From: an uncultured Bacilli bacterium
GTDB lineage: Bacteria > Bacillota_I > Bacilli_A > RF39 > UBA660
DNA: 64,000 nt
Assembly: GCA_910584085.1 (NCBI GenBank)
Contig: CAJTZY010000002.1
Coordinates: 61,043-125,042 of the forward strand
Direction: 5' to 3'
A program made the translations under genes and the position numbers. Each line of letters starts with the position of its first letter. Within the stretch, counting starts at the first letter, position 1. The notes beneath the pieces are model-generated. The model was not told the origin of the DNA. It worked only from the letters and a program-made list of their open reading frames with translations, and ran no database searches. Below, one piece after another: positions 1-8,743 of the stretch.

Positions 1-1
1 A

Positions 2-1324
2 AGTGGAGGGTTAGATAATATAATTGAATATATTAATAACTTTAGATTTAGTGATGAAGATATAGAATATTTAAGAAGTTTAGGAAACTTTAGTGAAGAA
101 TTTTTAAGATACTTAAGAGATTTAAGATTTACTGGTGATATATACGCTATACCTGATGGAACACCAGTGTTTCCAAATGAACCAGTAATAACAGTAAAAG
201 CAAATGTAATAGAGGCACAATTACTTGAGACTGCACTCTTAGCTTATTTCAATCATGGCACACTTGTAACAACAGCTTCTAAAAGAATAACAAATGCCGC
301 AAAAGGTAGACCAGTATCTGAATTTGGTCCTAGACGTGCTCCAGGAGCTCCTTCAGCAATTGAGGTAAGTAAATATGCATATATAGGTGGATGTGTTGGT
401 ACAAGTAATGTAATGAGTGGTAAAAAATATGGTATACCTGTAATGGGAACAATGGCACACAGTATGATTTGTGATGATGATAGTGAATATGATGCATTCC
501 TAAATTATGCTGAAAGTAATCCGGATAACTGTGTATTCTTAGTAGATACATTTGATACTTTAAGAAGTGGAATTCCTAATGCAATTCGAGTTATCAAAAA
601 AACTGGTTATAAGTTTAAAGGAATTAGAATTGACAGTGGAAATCTTGTATCACTTTCAAAAAAAGCAAGAATTATGCTAGATGAAGCAGGATTCGCTGAT
701 ACAAAAATATGTGTATCGAATGGTTTAGATGAAAGAAAAGTTATGGATTTACTTAGTCAAGGCGCTCCTATAGATTCATTTGGTATAGGTGATAATATCG
801 CTTCTCCTAAAGAACTTGTAGGTGGAGTTTATAAATTAGTTGCTATAGAAAAAAACGGAGAATTAATACCTAAAATAAAAGTAAGTGAGGATACTATTAA
901 AACTATTAATCCAGGGTATAAAAAGGTATATAGATTTTATGATAAAACTACTGGTTATGCACTTGGTGATGTAATCGCTTTAGCAGAAGAAAAAATACCA
1001 AAAGATAAATATACATTAATCTCACCAACAGATGAATGGAAGATGACAACTATTACTAATTATGAAGTAAGAGAACTACAAGTACCAATATTTAAAGATG
1101 GAAAACAAGTTTATAATGTTCCTACAGTGCGTGTTAGTCGTGATTATTGCTTTAAAGAATTTGAAACTTTATATCCAGAAATTAAAAGATCAGAAAATCC
1201 ACATGGATACTATGTAGATTTAACTAAAAAGTTGTTGAACTTAAAGAAGGAATTAATTTTATCAATTAGAGAACAAATAGATGAAGATTCAAAAAATCCT
1301 GAACTAAGTCTAAGGAGAAAATAA
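2..1324 (+). CDS. pncB: nicotinate phosphoribosyltransferase, 5' end truncated by window edge
   Basis: Open in frame from nt 2 with no stop before the ORF-track ATG at 167. Upstream translation ...FTGDIYAIPDGTPVFPNEP continues the NAPRTase N-domain, and the sequence matches the NAPRTase family along its length. Confidence 0.85.
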   Translation, partial: SGGLDNIIEYINNFRFSDEDIEYLRSLGNFSEEFLRYLRDLRFTGDIYAIPDGTPVFPNEPVITVKANVIEAQLLETALLAYFNHGTLVTTASKRITNAAKGRPVSEFGPRRAPGAPSAIEVSKYAYIGGCVGTSNVMSGKKYGIPVMGTMAHSMICDDDSEYDAFLNYAESNPDNCVFLVDTFDTLRSGIPNAIRVIKKTGYKFKGIRIDSGNLVSLSKKARIMLDEAGFADTKICVSNGLDERKVMDLLSQGAPIDSFGIGDNIASPKELVGGVYKLVAIEKNGELIPKIKVSEDTIKTINPGYKKVYRFYDKTTGYALGDVIALAEEKIPKDKYTLISPTDEWKMTTITNYEVRELQVPIFKDGKQVYNVPTVRVSRDYCFKEFETLYPEIKRSENPHGYYVDLTKKLLNLKKELILSIREQIDEDSKNPELSLRRK

Positions 1325-1326
1325 GC

Positions 1327-1932
1327 ATGATAAGAAAAGAAAAATTAGAAGAATTAAAATCTATTATAGAAAACTTGAAAACAATTGAGGTTATAAAAAG
1401 GGATATAGATCAGGAAGATAAATTTATCCAAAGTGATGCATATTATTTTAAATTAAATAATGGTATAACAATTCCAAGAGAAAAATTAACAAAAGGTAAA
1501 GATAAGAAAGATGGAAGTGCAGCTATTATAATGCCTATTGTTGGAGATGAAGTTTTAACAGTTATAGAACCTAGAGTTTTTACGGAACTTACGGTCGGAA
1601 TAGGATTTCCTGCAGGTTATATTGAAAATGGTGAGAAAGCTCGTGTAGGTGCTTTAAGAGAATTAAAAGAAGAAACAGGATATGCACCATCCGATATGAT
1701 AGAAATGGATTCATTTTACCAAGATGAGGGATGTAGTAGTGCTTTAAACCGTATATATTTAGCTCTAGACTGTAAAAAAGTAAGTGGCCAAAAGCTTGAT
1801 AAAGATGAAGTAGTTAAATATATGTTATTTAAATATGATGAATTATTTGAATTAGAACGCCTTGGATATATAAAAGGTAGTAATTCAAAACTTGCTTTAG
1901 AAAAATCTAAAGTATATATGAAAGGAAGATAA
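1327..1932 (+). CDS. NUDIX hydrolase, likely ADP-ribose pyrophosphatase
   Basis: Nudix box GYIENGEKARVGALRELKEETGY (Gx5Ex7REUxEExGU). Only 2 nt from the pncB stop, in the NAD operon. Confidence 0.8.
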   Translation: MIRKEKLEELKSIIENLKTIEVIKRDIDQEDKFIQSDAYYFKLNNGITIPREKLTKGKDKKDGSAAIIMPIVGDEVLTVIEPRVFTELTVGIGFPAGYIENGEKARVGALRELKEETGYAPSDMIEMDSFYQDEGCSSALNRIYLALDCKKVSGQKLDKDEVVKYMLFKYDELFELERLGYIKGSNSKLALEKSKVYMKGR

Positions 1933-1933
1933 T

Positions 1934-2695
1934 ATGAAAAATTTTAATGCTGAAAAAGAGGCAAATAATGTTATAGAATTTATTAGAGATTACTATAAAA
2001 AAAATAATTTAGGGGGAGCAATTATTGGTATATCTGGTGGTAAAGATTCTGGCGTAGTTGCAGGTCTTTTCGCTAAAGCTTTAGGGCCAGATAATTTAAT
2101 AGGTGTAACACTTCCATGCCACTCTAAAACTGAAGATAAGTGTGATGCTAAACTTGTAAGTGATTATTATGGATTTGAATTAATCAACTTTGATATTACA
2201 AATACATTTGATACATTTAAAGATGAATTAAAAAAATTAGGTGAATACGATGATGAACAAACAAAAAATAGTGATATAAATTTAAAACCAAGACTTAGAA
2301 TGGCAACACTTTATTACTTAGCTGCTTTATATTCTAGTTTAAAAGGAAAAACTTATTTAGTTGCAGGTACAAGTAATAAATGTGAACTATATGTTGGATA
2401 TTTTACAAAAGGTGGAGATTCAGTACATGATATCTCACCAATAGCTGATTTCACAGTTGAAGAAGTAATTAAAATAGGAGAATATTTGGGCGTTCCAGAA
2501 CAAGTTTTATATAAAAAACCAAATGATGGACTTTCTAATCAAACAGATGAAGAAAAGTTGGGTGTTAAATATAGTGAGATAGCAGATTATATGGAAGATG
2601 AAAATTTAGTAGATGAAAATGTAAGAGAAAAAATTAGAAAATTACACAAAAATAATTTACACAAATTTAATATTCCAACTTACAGAAGGGATTAA
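1934..2695 (+). CDS. nadE: NH3-dependent NAD+ synthetase
   Basis: PP-loop SGGxDS (GISGGKDSGVV). Length and overall similarity fit NadE. Confidence 0.9.
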   Translation: MKNFNAEKEANNVIEFIRDYYKKNNLGGAIIGISGGKDSGVVAGLFAKALGPDNLIGVTLPCHSKTEDKCDAKLVSDYYGFELINFDITNTFDTFKDELKKLGEYDDEQTKNSDINLKPRLRMATLYYLAALYSSLKGKTYLVAGTSNKCELYVGYFTKGGDSVHDISPIADFTVEEVIKIGEYLGVPEQVLYKKPNDGLSNQTDEEKLGVKYSEIADYMEDENLVDENVREKIRKLHKNNLHKFNIPTYRRD

Positions 2696-2696
2696 T

Positions 2697-3063
2697 ATGG
2701 TTGAAAATATAGAAATTAAATCAAGAGAATTAAAACAATTATTAATAGATTATTATAAAAATAAAACTAAAAGATGAAAGTGCTAAAATAACTTTTACAA
2801 CTCGCGAAGAACTTGTAGGATTTTATGAAAGTAAGAGTATAGTCACAAGAATAAAATTAAAACAAAATATGAGTTTGGGAAGTCAAGTTATTAGTAAAGA
2901 AAGAGAAATAAATGAAGAAGAACTAAAAGATGTATTAAATGAATTGTTAATGGAAAAGGATTATGAAGTTATAAATTTATTTCTTGATAATGAAAAACAA
3001 TATGTAGGTTACTATGGAGATGTTAGCTATTCTTTTTCTGGAGTAAACTTAGATGTTAAATAA
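2697..3063 (+). pseudogene. small conserved-hypothetical gene split by a +1 frameshift in an A4 run near nt 2769-2777
   Basis: The ATG at 2697 overlaps the nadE stop and reads MVENIEIKSRELKQLLIDYYKNKTKR then stops. The +1 frame continues without a gap: KDESAKITFTTREELVGFYESKSIVTRIKLKQNMSLGSQVISKERE...VNLDVK, the latter part being the track ORF 2869-3063. Deleting one A restores a roughly 121-aa ORF. Confidence 0.45.
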
Positions 3064-3096
3064 AGACAAAAACAAAAAGTAAGATAGGAGTGTAGT

Positions 3097-3678
3097 ATGA
3101 AGATAGGTATATTTGGAGGTTGTTTTAACCCACCACATAAAATGCATAAAAATATTCCACTTGAATTAATCAATAATGAATATTTAGATAAGGTCATTTA
3201 TGTACCAACAGGGGATAGTTATAACAAGAAAGATTTAACTTCTTTTGAAACTAGATATAATATGGTACGTTTAATGATTTCAGATAATAAAAATTTATTA
3301 GTATCAGATATTGGAAATAAATCTTATGGATATACCTATCAAGTACTAGATTACTTTAAGGGTATATATAAACAAGATGATATATATTTTATATGTGGAA
3401 GTGATAATTTAAAATCATTTGATACATGGAAAAATTATGAATATATATTAGAGAATTATAAATTACTTGTTATTAAAAGAAATAATGATAATATAGATCA
3501 TATTATGAAAAAATATGATAAGTATAAGGAAAATATTATTATAAGTAATATAAAAGAAAAGTATTTATCATCTACAATTATTCGTAATAATATTAAAAAT
3601 AATAAAAAAGAAATAGCAAAAAGAGAATTAGATGATAGTGTTTATGAATATATAGAAAGTAAAAATTTATATATTTAG
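3097..3678 (+). CDS. nadD: nicotinate-nucleotide adenylyltransferase
   Basis: N-terminal GGCFNPPHKMH (GxFxPxHxxH nucleotidyltransferase motif). About 190 aa. Confidence 0.85.
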   Translation: MKIGIFGGCFNPPHKMHKNIPLELINNEYLDKVIYVPTGDSYNKKDLTSFETRYNMVRLMISDNKNLLVSDIGNKSYGYTYQVLDYFKGIYKQDDIYFICGSDNLKSFDTWKNYEYILENYKLLVIKRNNDNIDHIMKKYDKYKENIIISNIKEKYLSSTIIRNNIKNNKKEIAKRELDDSVYEYIESKNLYI

Positions 3679-3727
3679 AAAATAGGGGGAATAATTTATG
3701 AATTATAAAGTATTTGAAGGAAATTAA

Positions 3728-4581
3728 GGAAATGTATGGAAATATGTCTTTACTAAAGAAGATATGGTGGCAGAAGCAGTACTATATAAATATGGGAATT
3801 TTTATAAGAGAACTGTAATTTGTTGTAGTGTGATGAGTGGATGTCCTGTTGGATGTAAATTCTGTGGTACAGGTTCTAAGTTTGTTAGAAATCTTACATG
3901 TGAAGAAATAGTTGAACAAATTAATATAGTTTTAAATGATAAAAATTTAATAAATGATATAAATGAAAAATGTGAAAAATTACAATTTATGTTTATGAGT
4001 ATGGGTGAACCTATGCTAAACTGAGATGAGGTTGAAAAAGCAATAGTTGAATTAAATAGAAAGTTTAGTAATGCACAATTACTTTTATCTACTATTGGGT
4101 GTGATAATGATGAAACTTTTTCTAAAATAATTGATTTATCTAAGCGAATAGATAAAATAGGATTACAATTTTCTATTTATAAATCAAATGATGAAGAAAG
4201 AAATGAACTTATACCATTTAAAAAGAAAATGAATTTACAAAACTTAGAGCTGCAGGTATAATATGGTGGAAAGAAACAGGTAGACATCCATTTTTAAATT
4301 ATTGTGTTTATGGAACAAATAACTCAGAAGAAAATTTTATGGAACTAACAAATTTATTCTCACCAGATATATTTAATTTTACATTTAGTGTTGTTTGTTC
4401 ATCTGATGAAAATATGAAAGAAGCTTCATTTAGAAATTTAGAAGTTATTAGAAATTTTCAAAATAAATTTTTAGAAAAGGGATATAATGTAAGAATGTTT
4501 GATCCATCAGGACAAGATGATATAGGTGGTGGATGCGGACAACTTTGGTATGTTCAAAATTGGCTTAAAAAGATGAAGTAG
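3728..4581 (+). pseudogene. decayed RlmN/Cfr-family radical-SAM rRNA methyltransferase, N-terminally truncated with several frameshifts and stops
   Basis: Fragments across three frames: ...AVLYKYGNFYKRTVICCSVMSGCPVGCKFCGTGS (the CxxxCxxC of RlmN/Cfr); ...LLSTIGCDNDETFSKIIDLS; and a C-terminal ...MFDPSGQDDIGGGCGQLWY matching the RlmN/Cfr GxDIxAACGQL end. An intact rlmN lies at 56924-57946. Confidence 0.6.
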
Positions 4582-4595
4582 ATTGGTGAAATTAT

Positions 4596-5162
4596 ATGAG
4601 AGAAAAAATAGCAAATTTTAAAGAAATTATAGAAAGTTACTATAAGAAAACAAATAATAATGATGTAGTATTTGATTTTATGCATATAGTAGTTCATTAT
4701 ACTTATATACATTTAGATAAGCCTATAATAATGTTAAATAAAGATGGAGGCTTTAAGATTGAGAATCGAGATGAAAGGGAATATACTACAGATACTATCT
4801 TTATTCCATTTATAACAAATCCAAAATATTATGAAGAAAACTTTTCGGATGATTTATATCAACAAAAAAGAACGCTATATATACATGATACTATAGATGT
4901 TGGAATAAGTTGTAATTTTAATTATGATGGACTAATTAAAAAAATATATGAAGTAATGCCAAAAGAATGCGAAATAATTAGTGAAAATAAATTAGAAGAA
5001 ATTGCCAGTGAAAATGGTTATGATAGATTTGAATGGAAAATATATGATAAATCTGTTGGACTTCCTGGAGTTGCTTATGGTGGGCCAATGTGGGTTTATG
5101 AAATATATGGTGTGAAGATAAAAGACTATGAATTAAATGAGGATTCAAAAAGATTTAGATAA
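4596..5162 (+). CDS. hypothetical protein
   Basis: 188-aa ORF with an RBS; no recognisable motifs. Confidence 0.5.
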   Translation: MREKIANFKEIIESYYKKTNNNDVVFDFMHIVVHYTYIHLDKPIIMLNKDGGFKIENRDEREYTTDTIFIPFITNPKYYEENFSDDLYQQKRTLYIHDTIDVGISCNFNYDGLIKKIYEVMPKECEIISENKLEEIASENGYDRFEWKIYDKSVGLPGVAYGGPMWVYEIYGVKIKDYELNEDSKRFR

Positions 5163-5175
5163 AAGAAGCTACTAA

Positions 5176-5204
5176 TTGACATTAATGTTTAAAAGCAATA
5201 TAAT
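5176..5204 (+). promoter_or_regulatory. near-consensus sigma-A promoter: TTGACA, 17-nt spacer, TATAAT
   Basis: TTGACA at 5176-5181, an exact 17-nt spacer, TATAAT at 5199-5204. It lies 30 nt upstream of the AAGGAGG RBS and ATG of the 5235 ORF. Confidence 0.7.
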
Positions 5205-5234
5205 AGACATTACGAATTTATTAAGGAGGTTTTT

Positions 5235-5729
5235 ATGGAAAATTGTGAAATATATAAATTTGTAAAAAAAATAATAACGAATGGTGTACAAAAAAATTTA
5301 TCACATAATAAAATTATAGAAGGAATTGATAAATATATTGATTTACTACAGGAACAGGGATTAATAGATAGTGAATATTATAAGTTTATAAAAGTATTTG
5401 AAAGATATCTTGAATTAATTACTGAAAAGAGAATGAGTGTAGATTATGTGTATAATCTTGTTAAAAAGGCAGGTTCTACTGAATTTACTTCAAACAAAAA
5501 TGTTAATATAAGTAATAATACAAGTAACAATACAACTGATAATATAAATACTCGTTCACCAATTATGGGGAGCTGTCCTAGAGAAGCTTCTTTACCTAAT
5601 CCATGTCATAGTTCAAGTTATTCAACTAGTTCATGTCATAGTGACAACTATTCGTCAAATGCCTGTTCAAGAGAAATTCAAAAAACTTATGGTGGATGTT
5701 CTTCTAGCCGTGGTAGTAGTAGATGTTAA
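5235..5729 (+). CDS. Cys/Ser-rich tail protein, candidate radical-SAM substrate (precursor-like)
   Basis: About 85 aa of helical N-domain, then an Asn/Ser/Thr-rich linker (NKNVNISNNTSNNTTDNINT), then the C-terminal tail SPIMGSCPREASLPNPCHSSSYSTSSCHSDNYSSNACSREIQKTYGGCSSSRGSSRC with 6 Cys. Two radical-SAM genes follow immediately. Confidence 0.55.
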   Translation: MENCEIYKFVKKIITNGVQKNLSHNKIIEGIDKYIDLLQEQGLIDSEYYKFIKVFERYLELITEKRMSVDYVYNLVKKAGSTEFTSNKNVNISNNTSNNTTDNINTRSPIMGSCPREASLPNPCHSSSYSTSSCHSDNYSSNACSREIQKTYGGCSSSRGSSRC

Positions 5730-5753
5730 AATATTATAAATGAGGTCTTAATA

Positions 5754-7034
5754 TTGGATAAAATATTTAATAAGGCAGAAAATAGTTTATATGCAAATAC
5801 ATCTTATCCTCTTGATAAAAGTAATTGGGAAGAATATAGGATAAAAGATGATACTTTATTTAAAGATGAATCTGATTTAAGTTTATATATTCATATTCCG
5901 TTTTGTAATAAATTGTGTTCGTTTTGCGAGTACATTAAATTTAAAAAGGAAGATAATGAATATGAGAATAAATATCTTGATATATTAGAAGATGATGTAA
6001 ATAATTTTTTAAATACTAATGCATTTAGATTATATGGATTTGATATAGGAGGAGGAACTCCAACATCACTGAGTTTATATAATTTTAAAAGATTAATGTC
6101 TATAGCCACAAAAATAAATAATATAAAAAATAAAGTTGATGATTATGAACCAAGTATAGAAGCTACATTTGATACTATTGATGAGGAAAAAGTTAAATTA
6201 ATAAAAAATGCTGGTTTTAAAAGAATTTCATTTGGTATTCAAACAACCAATACTAAAATACTTACATGTCAAAATAGAAATGTAGTAACACTTGATAAAA
6301 TGATTTCAGTGTTTAAAATGTTAAGAGAAAATAATATTGAAAAAATAAATGTAGATTTTATGTATGGAATAGTTGGGCAAACATTAGATGATATTAAAAC
6401 ATCACTTGAATGTTTAGAAATTTTAAAGCCTGAGCATGTTACTTTATATGAAATGAGATATAATTTAATTAAAAATAAAACATTTATTTCTAAGGATGAT
6501 TTATTTAATCAATATAATCTTATATACATGAGATTAAAGGAATTAGGATATATAGGAAATTTTGGTAGTAATACATTTAGTAAAAAAAATGGTGACTTAG
6601 GTCTATCCTCATACCTAAGATACCGAATGATAAAAAATATATCATATAAGGGATTCGGCATATCTGCGCAATCTAAATCAAAAATTGGTATAAGTTATAA
6701 TATAGGTAAAAATCATGAAAGTATAGAAGATTGTTTCAAGGAAAATACATTTTATGCAGATGATATATATTTACTTCCAAAAGAAGAATTAGTGGCTAAG
6801 TATGTTATGATTAGTTTATATTATGGTCAATTTGATTTAGATATAATGAGTGAAATATTAGACTGTGATGCATTTAACTATTATAAAAATGAGTTTTATT
6901 ATTTAATTAATAATAATTATATAAAAGTGGATAAAAATAAAGTAAATGTTACACAAAAAGGGTTTAAGTATTATGGCGCTATAGGTTCACTATTTTATTC
7001 TAAAAAAGTAAGAAAATGGTTTATGGGGGATTAA
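5754..7034 (+). CDS. HemN/HemW-like (class C-type) radical SAM enzyme
   Basis: LYIHIPFCNKLCSFCEY (CxxxCxxC in the HemN-type context) plus the FDIGGGTPT motif. TTG start 7 nt after a GAGGT RBS. 426 aa. Confidence 0.7.
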   Translation: MDKIFNKAENSLYANTSYPLDKSNWEEYRIKDDTLFKDESDLSLYIHIPFCNKLCSFCEYIKFKKEDNEYENKYLDILEDDVNNFLNTNAFRLYGFDIGGGTPTSLSLYNFKRLMSIATKINNIKNKVDDYEPSIEATFDTIDEEKVKLIKNAGFKRISFGIQTTNTKILTCQNRNVVTLDKMISVFKMLRENNIEKINVDFMYGIVGQTLDDIKTSLECLEILKPEHVTLYEMRYNLIKNKTFISKDDLFNQYNLIYMRLKELGYIGNFGSNTFSKKNGDLGLSSYLRYRMIKNISYKGFGISAQSKSKIGISYNIGKNHESIEDCFKENTFYADDIYLLPKEELVAKYVMISLYYGQFDLDIMSEILDCDAFNYYKNEFYYLINNNYIKVDKNKVNVTQKGFKYYGAIGSLFYSKKVRKWFMGD

Positions 7035-7035
7035 T

Positions 7036-7938
7036 ATGTATGAAACAATAGAAATATTTGGTCAAAAGGTAGATATACGAAATAATAATTGTACTAGATG
7101 TGGTGAAATTCCTACTAGAACTCCAATGAAATTAAACTTATATATTAAATTAACTGATATGTGTAATGCAAAGTGTGAAATGTGTAGCAATAGAGGAAAT
7201 GAAAAAACAAGTAAATTAGATTTAGAAAAATTAAAAATGGTAGTAAAATACTTGGATAATAGAAATTTAATAAATCGAATCGGAATAACAGGTGGAGAGC
7301 CAATGTTAAATATGAGTAAATTAAATGATTTACTTAATATTATATTTGATGTAAAAAAAGATGCTATGGTTACAATTAATACTAATGGATTTAATATAAA
7401 AAATATTTTATATTTAGATAGTATAGATAAAGTAAATGGTATTCATATAAGTAGACATCATTACGATGATGAAATAAATAATGATTTCTTTGGAATATCA
7501 ACAGTAACTAATAGTGATATTGAATATATGATGAATAAATTAGATAATAAAAAATTGTTAAGATTAAATTGTTTATTAATGAAAAACTATATTAATAATA
7601 TTAAGGAGGTTTCTAATTATTTGGAAACAGCTGCTAACTTAGGTATTTTTAGGGTAGGTTTTGTTTCATTAATGAGGGTAAATGATTTTTCAAAAGAAAA
7701 CTTTATAAATTTTAATGATATATTTAGAGACTTACCATCAAATTACTGTAAGACAGATAAATTAAATGATTTAAATATATGTGAGTGTGAAAATGGTGTT
7801 TACTTATCTAATAATGGAGATATTGTTGAATACTATGCTAGGATGACAAAGGAATTAAACTGTGAGTATGCAAGACAATTTGTCTATACATCAGATAATA
7901 AATTAACAGTTGGTTTTAATAAAAAATCATTAATATAA
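7036..7938 (+). CDS. small radical SAM enzyme (about 300 aa, no evident SPASM domain)
   Basis: LTDMCNAKCEMC (CxxxCxxC) and GITGGEPML. Its start is 1 nt after the preceding stop, which suggests translational coupling. Confidence 0.7.
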   Translation: MYETIEIFGQKVDIRNNNCTRCGEIPTRTPMKLNLYIKLTDMCNAKCEMCSNRGNEKTSKLDLEKLKMVVKYLDNRNLINRIGITGGEPMLNMSKLNDLLNIIFDVKKDAMVTINTNGFNIKNILYLDSIDKVNGIHISRHHYDDEINNDFFGISTVTNSDIEYMMNKLDNKKLLRLNCLLMKNYINNIKEVSNYLETAANLGIFRVGFVSLMRVNDFSKENFINFNDIFRDLPSNYCKTDKLNDLNICECENGVYLSNNGDIVEYYARMTKELNCEYARQFVYTSDNKLTVGFNKKSLI

Positions 7939-8063
7939 GGATAGTGTGAAATATGAAAAGAGTAATAGAAAAATTAAGGGAAATCTATTGCAAAATAATA
8001 AATTTGTAGTATAATATTTGAAATTCAATTGATTTGAATTAAGTATATATAAGGAGGCATACT

Positions 8064-8711
8064 ATGCAAGATAAATTTTTAGAGAGTATAAAAAGAGGGT
8101 TTATAAGTCAAATAGAAGAAATAATTAGTGAATCATCTACAAAAGCTAAAACAGATAATTTAAATGCAATAGATACATTAATATTAATTAATACTAGCAT
8201 TGAAGAATGGATAAAATCAGTAAATGTAAGTTTTAATGTTGATGATGAATTATTAAATGAAGTTGCTAAGCTTAAGATTCCATATGTAACTGCTGCAAAG
8301 AAAGAGGCAGCTCAAAATATTTCAAAAATTATAACAGAATCATCAGGAAATGTGACTGAAGAAATTAGTAATTATATTAACGGTTTAAAAGGTAAAGGAA
8401 TTGATTTAGATAATCAAAAATTAAATATTTCAATGAATAAAACAAATAATGATTCAAATAAAAGTTCTAAGTTAGAAAACGATAAAATAACATCAATGCC
8501 ATTAGTACACACTCATCAAGGATTTGGACTAACGAATTCTGATGATGATTATGATGATTATGATGATACATTATTTGGAAGAAGAACATTTGGAAGAAAT
8601 AGTTATAATGATGAAACGGAATCTAGACAAAAACAAAAGAGAAAAGAACCTGAATATGAGGATTTCTATTCTTGTGGTGGCGGCGGTGGAGGCTGCGAAG
8701 GCGGTAGATAA
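8064..8711 (+). CDS. hypothetical protein with an acidic low-complexity region and a C-terminal CGGGGGGC tail
   Basis: Its own TTGCAA-N16-TATAAT promoter (about 7990-8017) and a strong RBS. The tail ...EYEDFYSCGGGGGGCEGGR uses GC-rich Gly codons that are atypical for this genome. Confidence 0.55.
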   Translation: MQDKFLESIKRGFISQIEEIISESSTKAKTDNLNAIDTLILINTSIEEWIKSVNVSFNVDDELLNEVAKLKIPYVTAAKKEAAQNISKIITESSGNVTEEISNYINGLKGKGIDLDNQKLNISMNKTNNDSNKSSKLENDKITSMPLVHTHQGFGLTNSDDDYDDYDDTLFGRRTFGRNSYNDETESRQKQKRKEPEYEDFYSCGGGGGGCEGGR

Positions 8712-8743
8712 TCGCCTTTTAATTTAAAGGGGGCATATTTATA

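Noticed and set aside
330-551. Minus-strand ORFs nested inside well-supported + strand genes (330-551 here, and likewise 5891-6109, 12454-12636, 14566-14862, 40763-41362, 51265-51669 and others in the ORF track)
   Set aside because: Each is antisense to a gene with strong family signatures. They have low-complexity or His/Tyr/Leu-rich translations typical of the reverse frames of AT-rich coding DNA, and no RBS.
5754-7034. HemN-like gene considered as the housekeeping heme chaperone HemW
   Set aside because: Not rejected outright. It is longer than typical HemW (426 versus about 380 aa) and is not in the lepA-hemW-hrcA context. It is tightly coupled to a second rSAM and preceded by a Cys-rich tail protein, so the RiPP-like reading is preferred, but it needs testing.
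8542-8727. Alternative-frame ORF MMIMMIMMIHYLEEE...
   Set aside because: Out-of-frame reading of the Asp/Tyr-rich acidic repeat inside the 8064 gene; an artefact of repetitive codons.
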